Shown piece after piece: positions 1 through 5,847 of a stretch of DNA of 13,074 nucleotides. How positions within the stretch are numbered: position 1 is the first letter of the stretch; every line of letters starts with the position of its first letter. Under the pieces are notes generated by a model that made no database searches, had not been told where the DNA came from, and saw only the letters and a list, made by a program, of their open reading frames with translations. A program made the translations under genes and the position numbers. The stretch is from a virus. Where the stretch lies: positions 1 to 13,074 of IMG/VR virus record IMGVR_UViG_3300045988_024578; one strand, written 5' to 3'.

Positions 1-106
1 CACGTAATAGCAGATTGCACAAAATTTTCTTCCCCGACCCCCTATTTTTTGTGCAAAATGTCAATAGACACAAAATATAGTACCCCCGCCCCATAGGGTA
101 GGGGAG
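1..106. repeat. Left inverted terminal repeat (106 bp)
   Basis: Bases 1-106 equal the reverse complement of 12969-13074 with no mismatch on manual comparison. Identity stops at 107 (T, versus A in the right copy). Confidence 0.95.
15..56. repeat. Perfect 10-bp inverted repeat inside the ITR (potential hairpin in displaced ssDNA); mirrored at 13019-13060
   Basis: TTGCACAAAA (15-24) and TTTTGTGCAA (47-56) are exact reverse complements with a 22-nt spacer. Related CACAAAAT words recur at 18-25 and 69-76. Confidence 0.85.
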
Positions 107-117
107 TATAGCAATTT

Positions 118-171
118 TTGCAATGTATAAAGCAACATATACAATTTAGTATGTGGTATACTATATATAAT
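118..171 (+). promoter_or_regulatory. Early promoter cluster (sigma-A/sigma-70 type)
   Basis: TTGCAA (118-123), a 16-nt spacer, then TACAAT (140-145). Also an extended -10 TGgTATACT (154-162) and a perfect TATAAT (166-171). It is an AT-rich non-coding stretch just upstream of the first RBS. Confidence 0.55.
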
Positions 172-200
172 CCATTAAGACGAAGGGAGGCTATAGTACT

Positions 201-353
201 ATGAAGAAAAAAAAAGTCACGATTAAAATCACTTTAACCGATGATAAGACTACTCTGGACGGTGAGAATTTACCAGAACTGACCGAGGACGACATTATTG
301 ACAGTATCAAGGTGCTTGTCGCTCTTGCAAAGACTTTGAATTTTTTACAGTAA
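201..353 (+). CDS. Hypothetical early protein, 50 aa (below the ORF-track size cutoff)
   Basis: ATG at 201 follows GAAGGGAGG (182-190). Manual translation gives MKKKKVTIKITLTDDKTTLDGENLPELTEDDIIDSIKVLVALAKTLNFLQ, with stop TAA at 351-353. It packs tightly against the next gene. Confidence 0.55.
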   Translation: MKKKKVTIKITLTDDKTTLDGENLPELTEDDIIDSIKVLVALAKTLNFLQ

Positions 354-373
354 ACAGTAAGGAGACACGCCAA

Positions 374-646
374 ATGGAAATGCGTAAATTCATTATTGAG
401 ATTCATCCGGACGGCACACTGACATGCTGCGAATATGAGGACCCCAAGGATGCCAACAGAGCAGCAACGGACCGTGCATGGTTGGCCGGTTATCAGCAGG
501 CCCTTAAGCATTGTGAAGATCAGGTAGAATACTTAAAGAATTTTAAAGGTATTTGCCGGTCAGCCGATCTTATGTATCAGGGAGCCGAATCCGTTCGTTA
601 CGAGGTGTTATCTGCATATCGTGAATACATTAACGCCAAACATTAA
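374..646 (+). CDS. Hypothetical early protein, 90 aa
   Basis: ORF track entry; AAGGAG RBS at 359-364 about 9 nt upstream of the ATG. No motif recognised. Confidence 0.6.
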   Translation: MEMRKFIIEIHPDGTLTCCEYEDPKDANRAATDRAWLAGYQQALKHCEDQVEYLKNFKGICRSADLMYQGAESVRYEVLSAYREYINAKH

Positions 647-652
647 GTCGAA

Positions 653-691
653 ACGGCCCGCGGGCCGTCCACCGGGACCGCCCGCCCGGTG
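653..691 (+). other. Two tandem GC-rich hairpins after the second early ORF (RNA stabiliser or weak terminator)
   Basis: ACGGCCCGCGGGCCGT (653-668) is a perfect palindrome. CACCGGG (670-676) pairs with CCCGGTG (685-691). No T-tract follows, so it is not called an intrinsic terminator. Confidence 0.35.
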
Positions 692-728
692 TTGATAAGA
701 CAGGGCACATATTGAAAGGAGTTATGTT

Positions 729-1037
729 ATGGATTATCGTAACAAAAAGAGTGCAACCAGCAAGGGCGCCCGTAAATCCATCATGAGATACGTCAAGCTG
801 CCAGAATTTGAAGGCACGGTGCAGATTGAAGATGGTGAAATGTGGCTGAAATCCGGCAAATATGATGCGCCGTCTGTGTCCGTCAAGATCGACCCCGAGG
901 AGACCATTTCCGACTGGGTTCGCAAGATCACTTTGCGCAATGTTGAGCTGTCCGTTGAGGAGAACGAGAAGGGCTTTCCAGAATTGGTCATCTCTGGCCA
1001 GAGCGGCACCGATGATACCGGCGATCTGCCATTCTAA
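729..1037 (+). CDS. Early protein, 102 aa, with an SSB-like acidic C-terminal tip (candidate ssDNA-binding protein or SSB-tip mimic)
   Basis: AAGGAG (716-721) lies 7 nt before the ATG. The C-terminus ...SGTDDTGDLPF resembles the bacterial SSB tip (DDDIPF in E. coli, DDDLPF in B. subtilis). A strong terminator follows. Confidence 0.7.
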   Translation: MDYRNKKSATSKGARKSIMRYVKLPEFEGTVQIEDGEMWLKSGKYDAPSVSVKIDPEETISDWVRKITLRNVELSVEENEKGFPELVISGQSGTDDTGDLPF

Positions 1038-1042
1038 ACGGC

Positions 1043-1070
1043 GGGCGGCCTATGGCCGCCCTTATTTTTT
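1043..1070 (+). terminator. Rho-independent terminator after the SSB-tip gene
   Basis: GGGCGGCC (1043-1050), loop TAT, GGCCGCCC (1054-1061), then TTATTTTTT (1062-1070). Confidence 0.8.
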
Positions 1071-1082
1071 ATAGGAGGCCCC

Positions 1083-1313
1083 ATGAAAAGTAAAGATAAC
1101 AGACTATCCTTGCTGAACTGTGATGACTCCGTGATATATCTTGCATCTGCCATTGTATACAGTGGAGTCACAAACAAAGATGTCGATTTTTTCCGTTCCG
1201 AATGGGTAAAAATCATCTTTGACGGTCTTGGCATTGAAATGGACCCTCTGGACTGGTATTATATGATCTTAGATAGGAAGGAGAGACAGAAGCATGGCAG
1301 TAGGCGCAGCTAA
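1083..1313 (+). CDS. Hypothetical early protein, 76 aa
   Basis: AGGAGG at 1073-1078, ATG at 1083. Overlaps the next ORF by 20 nt. No motif recognised. Confidence 0.55.
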   Translation: MKSKDNRLSLLNCDDSVIYLASAIVYSGVTNKDVDFFRSEWVKIIFDGLGIEMDPLDWYYMILDRKERQKHGSRRS

Positions 1314-1893
1314 AGCAAGCGCAACCCTCAAATACAGCTCCGAGCTGTACACTCCCTATGCCTTGGAGTCTTGGCCTGATAATCAGATGCGCAAAGAGTA
1401 TTCCCGATTGCGTGACATTGCCCAGAAACGTATTAAGCGCCTATCAAAAGACCCCATAAGCGGCACAAGCGACGTTTATAAAGAATTCGCTGGAGGTTTC
1501 CCGACGCTAAAATCTATGCGGGGAGACCGTAAAGCATTGGAGCAGGCCCTAGCGGATGTATCGCGTTTTGTGCGCTCCAAAGGCTCCACCGTTGGCGGTG
1601 CGCGTGCTGAGTTCGAACAAAAAATGAAAGTCGGTGGCATTGACATTGCTGACGTTCCCGAAGATCAATACATAGCCCTGTCTGAGTGGTGGGAGATCGT
1701 TAAAGCGTCGGGCGTGTATTACTATCCGTCTGACCAGCCGGTCATGTACTGGCGCGAGAAAGGCGGCTACAACGTCAGTATTGACGATTTTGTAAAGTGG
1801 CAGCAAGGTGAGGTCAATTATGGCAAAGAGTGGGACTATAGCGAGGGGAGCAGTTCTGCCGACCTGCGCGGAGGCTTTGGTGGAGGCTTGTGA
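1294..1893 (+). CDS. Candidate terminal protein (TP) for protein-primed replication, 199 aa
   Basis: It lies immediately upstream of, and overlapping, the protein-primed PolB, like phi29 gene 3 before gene 2. N-terminal KEYSRLRDIAQKRIKRL resembles phi29 TP AEYARLVKNTKAKIAR. C-terminal WDYSEG resembles the phi29 priming-loop FDSEG (Ser232). Both phi29 sequences are recalled from memory. Confidence 0.55.
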   Translation: MAVGAAKASATLKYSSELYTPYALESWPDNQMRKEYSRLRDIAQKRIKRLSKDPISGTSDVYKEFAGGFPTLKSMRGDRKALEQALADVSRFVRSKGSTVGGARAEFEQKMKVGGIDIADVPEDQYIALSEWWEIVKASGVYYYPSDQPVMYWREKGGYNVSIDDFVKWQQGEVNYGKEWDYSEGSSSADLRGGFGGGL

Positions 1894-3910
1894 CTACAAT
1901 CCGGTCCCCTGGCTCATGGAGCACTTGGACAGGAAGCACACTAAAGGCAAAAAGCGCAAAACGAACAAGAAGCGTTTGTATGTTGATATGCCGTGCGCGT
2001 TTGATATTGAGACAAGCCGCGTGTGTGTTGACGCCGACGACAACCCCCACACCATTATGTATATCTGGCAATGTCAATTAGGTCTGGATATTACCATTAT
2101 CGGCAGGACGTGGGACGAGTGGTTGAACTTTACGGGGGCGATCAGCGATTATTTACAGGCGAACAGCGGCCCTCAAGGTAACTGGTTTTTGTGTATGTAT
2201 GTCCATAATCTCGCCCATGAATTTCAATACTTATCGGGTGTTCTGGATTTTGGCCCGGGCGATGTGTTTGCCAGCAAGCCCCGCCGGGTCTTAAAATGTG
2301 ACAACCGAGCTATTGAATACCGATGCAGTATGCGTCATAGCAACTTGTCCCTTGATGCTTGGGGCAAGCAGCTGGGTGCACCTCATGCCAAATTGACCGG
2401 TACACTCGATTATTCAAGAGTGCGGTATCCCTGGACTCCCCTGACATCTACAGAATTAGCGTATTGCATCAACGATGTTCGGTGCATTGTGGAGTGCCTG
2501 TTAATCGAGATGAAGCGAGACGGTGACGACCTGTATACAATACCATTAACGCGCACCGGCTATGTTAGACGGATGGCCCGCGAAGCAATGTATAAATGGG
2601 GCATTAAAAAAGCCAAGCGCCTACTGCCATCATGGGACCTATACCAGATGTTGCGGGAAGCCTTCCGAGGCGGCGACACCCACGCCAATCGGTATTATGT
2701 TGGGCTCCATCTGGAAAACGTCGGATCCGTGGATATGTCGAGTGCATACCCAGCCGTACAATGTGAATGCTACTTCCCGATGACTCCATTTAGGCAGGAG
2801 CCGGCCACTGTCGAACGGCTGATGCAATGTATGAGACACGGCAAGGCGTGCTTAATTCGCTTGCAACTAAAAGGTCTACGCCAGCGCTTTAAGTGGTGGG
2901 GGTTTCCGTATATCCCCCTTGCGAAGGTCCGGCACTGTGAAGGATACATAAACGACAATGGCCGGCTGTTGTCTGCTGAGCATCTCGAGATCACAATAAC
3001 AGATATTGACTTTAGAATCATTGCAAAAGAATATGATTGGGACGCTCTTAACGTTCTGGACCTTTACACATCTGATTATGGCAGATTGCCTAAACCGTTG
3101 ACGGATTGTGTAAAAGAGAGCTACGCCGGCAAGACATCCCTTAAAGGCGTAGCCGGTCAAGATTTGTATTATGTCAAAGCCAAGGGCGATCTTAACAGTT
3201 ACTATGGTATGACCGCGCAGGACCCCTTGCAGCTGGACACACTTTTTGACGAGGACGACCCCGACAATCTTTGGAGCGAATGCACCGACGACCCAGAGGG
3301 CAGTTATAACGATCACCGCCCTCATTTGTATCTCCCGTACCAATGGGGCGTATGGACTACTGCCCATACTCGCAAGCGCCTTAAAATAGCGCAGTGGGCC
3401 GCGGGCAAGAATGGCGTGTACTGCGACACCGACAGTGTCAAATATATGGGTAGTATTGATTTGTCGGAGTTTAACAAAGCCGTAAAGCAGCTCGCAAAAG
3501 ACAATGGCGCTTGCGCTACAGACCCCAAAGGCAACACTCATTATATGGGCGTATACGAGCAGGAGCGCAGCTATGCGGAGTTTATGACGTGGGGCGCTAA
3601 AAAATACGCAACTACCTATAAAAAAGGCGGGCCGATCACTACTACCATAGCAGGAGTCAGCAAGCGGAAGGGCGGTCTAGAGCTGGCCCTGTGGGGTGGT
3701 TTTGAAGTGTTCAAACCTGGATTCACTTTTTGTTTTGCGGCAGGCAATCAGGTTATCTATAATGACCGCCCCAATGTGCCCGATTTTGTGGTTGACGGGC
3801 ATACGGTACACATCACAAGAAACCTGTGTATTTGTGATAATACCTATACGTTGGGTATTACTGACGAATACGCAAAGATATTAGGGTACAAGATTATGGA
3901 GGTTATCTGA
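1820..3910 (+). CDS. Family-B DNA polymerase, protein-primed (phi29 gp2-like)
   Basis: ExoI FDIETS, ExoII-like HNLAHEF, ExoIII YCINDV, motif A DMSSAYP, motif B KGDLNSYYG, motif C YCDTDS and KxY (AKKYA), all in canonical order. Start set at ATG 1820, 6 nt after AAGGTGAGG (1805-1813). The ORF opens at GTG 1808, and ATG 1916 is an RBS-less alternative. Confidence 0.93.
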   Translation: MAKSGTIARGAVLPTCAEALVEACDYNPVPWLMEHLDRKHTKGKKRKTNKKRLYVDMPCAFDIETSRVCVDADDNPHTIMYIWQCQLGLDITIIGRTWDEWLNFTGAISDYLQANSGPQGNWFLCMYVHNLAHEFQYLSGVLDFGPGDVFASKPRRVLKCDNRAIEYRCSMRHSNLSLDAWGKQLGAPHAKLTGTLDYSRVRYPWTPLTSTELAYCINDVRCIVECLLIEMKRDGDDLYTIPLTRTGYVRRMAREAMYKWGIKKAKRLLPSWDLYQMLREAFRGGDTHANRYYVGLHLENVGSVDMSSAYPAVQCECYFPMTPFRQEPATVERLMQCMRHGKACLIRLQLKGLRQRFKWWGFPYIPLAKVRHCEGYINDNGRLLSAEHLEITITDIDFRIIAKEYDWDALNVLDLYTSDYGRLPKPLTDCVKESYAGKTSLKGVAGQDLYYVKAKGDLNSYYGMTAQDPLQLDTLFDEDDPDNLWSECTDDPEGSYNDHRPHLYLPYQWGVWTTAHTRKRLKIAQWAAGKNGVYCDTDSVKYMGSIDLSEFNKAVKQLAKDNGACATDPKGNTHYMGVYEQERSYAEFMTWGAKKYATTYKKGGPITTTIAGVSKRKGGLELALWGGFEVFKPGFTFCFAAGNQVIYNDRPNVPDFVVDGHTVHITRNLCICDNTYTLGITDEYAKILGYKIMEVI

Positions 3911-4971
3911 TGATTAAACTGTACACCGATGAAGGTTGGCCGAACTTTTCCGAGAAGGACGGCATCTTGTCAACTGGGGCACCCATTATTTTTATATGGG
4001 GCGGACGTGGCACCGGAAAGACCTATGGAGCGCTAAAGCACGTCCACCAGACCGAAGAGGAATTTCTGTATTTGCGTCGCACGCCACAGCAGGCGGAACT
4101 TATTTGTGCATCACCCAGTATGTGGCCGTGGTCTCCGTTGAACGACGATCTACAAACGCATTATGCCCCGTTCAAATTGCCCAAGATAGCGGGACTATAT
4201 GAAGTGGGCAACGCAGGAGCCTACACGGATACAGGAGCGCCCATTAAACCAGCCAAGATGTCGGGCGTCGTGGGAAGTGTGGTCACTCTGGCTCGCACCC
4301 GTGGTTTTTCAAGTCCTCATACCAACATAATCATTTTAGACGAATACCAGAAAGAAGAATCCGACTATTACCGACGCGGCGAGGGCGTGGGCCTTGCCAA
4401 CATTTATGAAACGGTCAACCGTAACCGCGAACTGCAAGGGCAAAAGCCCTTGACGCTGTTGTGTATGTCAAACGCTGTTGGCATGGCAAACCCCTATTAT
4501 ATGCAATGGGAGATCACAGACACAGTAGAAAAGATGATCGGGACTAAAGAGCGCGTAAAGCTGCTTGCTGATAAAGGCATTTTGCTGATTGATCTTGTCG
4601 ATAGTCCCATCTCAAAGGAAAAAGCAAATACGGCCCTCTATAGGTCCATGACCGGCACAGACTTTTACAGATCAGCTATTGAAAACCAATACAGCGCAGA
4701 AGAAAAGAGTTTGGTTGTGTCCCGGCCCCTCAGGGAATACTACCCGCTTGTACAAATTGGCCGGTGCTGCATCTACGAGCACAAGAGCAAGCCGTTATAC
4801 TATGTTTGCCGTCACAGATCGGGCGAGATGCCCACTTACGGCACCGGCGACTATGAGCGGAAACGTTTTAGGGCCGCGTATGGGTACATCTGGCCCGCGT
4901 ACTTGCAGCGGCAACTTGAATTTGAGCGGTACTCGGATGAAATTTTCTTCCGCGAGTATTGCGGTACTTGA
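3910..4971 (+). CDS. DNA encapsidation (packaging) ATPase, phi29 gp16-like
   Basis: Walker A GGRGTGKT and Walker B IIILDEY. LYLRRTPQQAE and VNRNRE...LLCMSNAVGMANPYY match recalled gp16 segments IYVRRYKPELA and FRNRERVRCICLSNAVSVVNPYF. The start overlaps the polymerase stop (TGATG). Confidence 0.9.
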   Translation: MIKLYTDEGWPNFSEKDGILSTGAPIIFIWGGRGTGKTYGALKHVHQTEEEFLYLRRTPQQAELICASPSMWPWSPLNDDLQTHYAPFKLPKIAGLYEVGNAGAYTDTGAPIKPAKMSGVVGSVVTLARTRGFSSPHTNIIILDEYQKEESDYYRRGEGVGLANIYETVNRNRELQGQKPLTLLCMSNAVGMANPYYMQWEITDTVEKMIGTKERVKLLADKGILLIDLVDSPISKEKANTALYRSMTGTDFYRSAIENQYSAEEKSLVVSRPLREYYPLVQIGRCCIYEHKSKPLYYVCRHRSGEMPTYGTGDYERKRFRAAYGYIWPAYLQRQLEFERYSDEIFFREYCGT

Positions 4972-4995
4972 CTTTTTACGCAGTTGTTATATAAT
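4968..4995 (+). promoter_or_regulatory. Near-consensus sigma-A promoter (probable late / structural-operon promoter)
   Basis: TTGACT (4968-4973, overlapping the ATPase stop codon), a 16-nt spacer, then TATAAT (4990-4995). Confidence 0.65.
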
Positions 4996-5001
4996 AAAGT
5001 T

Positions 5002-5071
5002 AATCCCCGGTGCCCACAGGCAGCCCCCAGAAGGGGCGGGCAGGCGTCAGCCAGCGCAAGAACCGGGGATT
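5002..5071 (+). ncRNA. Candidate structured RNA element in the leader of the late operon
   Basis: AATCCCCGGT (5002-5011) is the exact reverse complement of ACCGGGGATT (5062-5071), a 10-bp closing helix. Inside, GCCCC (5023-5027) pairs with GGGGC (5033-5037), extended by GCCC (5012-5015) with GGGC (5038-5041). It lies 7 nt past the -10 box and about 13 nt before the next RBS. Confidence 0.35.
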
Positions 5072-5098
5072 TACTTGTACCTGCAAGGAGGTGCTCAT

Positions 5099-5257
5099 AT
5101 GGATGCTAATACTGTGATACAGGCTATTTCTAACGTTGGTTTTCCCATTGCCGCGTTCTTGCTGATGTGGTATCAGTGTAACACCGTGGTTAAGGAGAAT
5201 ACCGCGGCTATTACTGAAATGCGACTCGCTCTGGACGAGATCAAGAAGGAGAGCTAA
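5099..5257 (+). CDS. YvrJ-like small membrane protein, 52 aa (possible holin-like lysis or membrane factor)
   Basis: AAGGAGG (5085-5091) then ATG at 5099. MDANTVIQAISNVGFPIAAFLLMWYQCNTVVKENTAAITEMRLALDEIKKES has one hydrophobic helix plus an amphipathic tail. The NVGFPI...LL pattern matches my recollection of the YvrJ family. The track ORF 4679-5257 is the same frame over-extended upstream. Confidence 0.6.
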   Translation: MDANTVIQAISNVGFPIAAFLLMWYQCNTVVKENTAAITEMRLALDEIKKES

Positions 5258-5260
5258 CTT

Positions 5261-5494
5261 ATGGGTTGCTATATCATTTTTGCCCAAGCGATCACAAACG
5301 AACGTGCGTTCCTGCTGGCTGATTTGTGCGCTCGTTTGAGTATCGGCTATTATAGCGACTGGGCAGACGTTGCTCACACGCGGCAGTGCTGCGCAGTGGG
5401 CCCCGTCACCAAAGGAGACAAAGACCAGGTCATTAAATGCCTGGCGCATGACACATACGTTGTAATGGAGGCGACTAAAGTTGAGAATCAGTGA
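5261..5494 (+). CDS. Hypothetical protein, 77 aa (weak call)
   Basis: This is the only + strand ORF filling the gap. AAGGAG lies about 11 nt upstream. It is Cys-rich with no recognisable motif. Confidence 0.35.
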   Translation: MGCYIIFAQAITNERAFLLADLCARLSIGYYSDWADVAHTRQCCAVGPVTKGDKDQVIKCLAHDTYVVMEATKVENQ

Positions 5495-5846
5495 AAAAGC
5501 GGCCCTCGCTATGGCCGGATACACCAAAGCAGAGATCGAAGCAATGGAGAAGCCCCAGCCCGCGCCGCAGCCTGCTCCGCAGCCCGCTCCCCAGCCCGCG
5601 CCGCAGCCTGCTCCGCAGCCCGCTCCGCAGCCCGCACCGCAGCCCGTCCAGCAGTACGATGGCCTTGAGACCCTGTTGCAGCAGCTTTTGCAGGGTCAAC
5701 AGACGACAGCGCAGGCAATGCAGACTATGACCCAGACGTTGCAGGCAAACGCGCTGGGCCTTGGCATCCAGCAGCAGCCGACGGCAGATGCCGCCACTGT
5801 GACGGCCCGAATTATCGACCCGACCTATGGAAAGGAAGTGAAGTAA
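5481..5846 (+). CDS. Candidate scaffolding protein with a (PQPA)n linker, 121 aa
   Basis: TTG start 9 nt after GGAGG (5467-5471). It lies directly upstream of the capsid gene, as phi29 gp7 does. It has a Gln-rich helical C-terminal half, and its stop abuts the MCP start. Confidence 0.45.
   Translation: MRISEKAALAMAGYTKAEIEAMEKPQPAPQPAPQPAPQPAPQPAPQPAPQPAPQPVQQYDGLETLLQQLLQGQQTTAQAMQTMTQTLQANALGLGIQQQPTADAATVTARIIDPTYGKEVK
5553..5648 (+). repeat. In-frame tandem repeat encoding PQPA x7 plus PQPV
   Basis: The 36-nt unit CCCCAGCCCGCGCCGCAGCCTGCTCCGCAGCCCGCT occurs twice identically (5553-5588 and 5589-5624). A 24-nt partial copy follows. Confidence 0.9.
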
Positions 5847-5847
5847 T

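Noticed and set aside
191-511. A 106-aa minus-strand ORF at the left end.
   Set aside because: It overlaps two + strand ORFs (201-353 and 374-646) that each have a well-spaced GGAGG-type RBS. It would also be the only minus-strand gene in the genome.
692-728. A possible internal promoter (TTGATA at 692-697) ahead of the SSB-tip gene.
   Set aside because: No acceptable -10 hexamer lies at 16-18 nt spacing.
862-1074. Assorted 60-115-aa alternative-frame + strand ORFs, e.g. 862-1074, 1890-2081, 3936-4202, 6038-6385, 8834-9112, 9600-9884, 10195-10395, 11299-11625 and 12358-12903.
   Set aside because: All are nested out of frame within confidently assigned genes. They lack an RBS and encode Arg/Pro/Ser-rich sequences typical of off-frame translation.
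1808-1916. Alternative polymerase starts at GTG 1808 (ORF-track start) and ATG 1916 (no overlap with the TP ORF).
   Set aside because: GTG 1808 lies inside the Shine-Dalgarno-like AAGGTGAGG, and ATG 1916 has no purine-rich RBS. ATG 1820 is preferred but unproven.
5002-5071. The approximately 70-nt multi-helix element as a tRNA.
   Set aside because: It has no GTTCRA T-loop and no 7-nt anticodon loop (the loops are 4-5 nt). The arm lengths do not fit a cloverleaf.
4679-5257. A 192-aa + strand ORF overlapping the 3' end of the ATPase gene.
   Set aside because: Only the last 52 codons (from ATG 5099, preceded by AAGGAGG) look genuine. The upstream part is an alternative frame of the ATPase gene and then runs through the promoter and structured leader.
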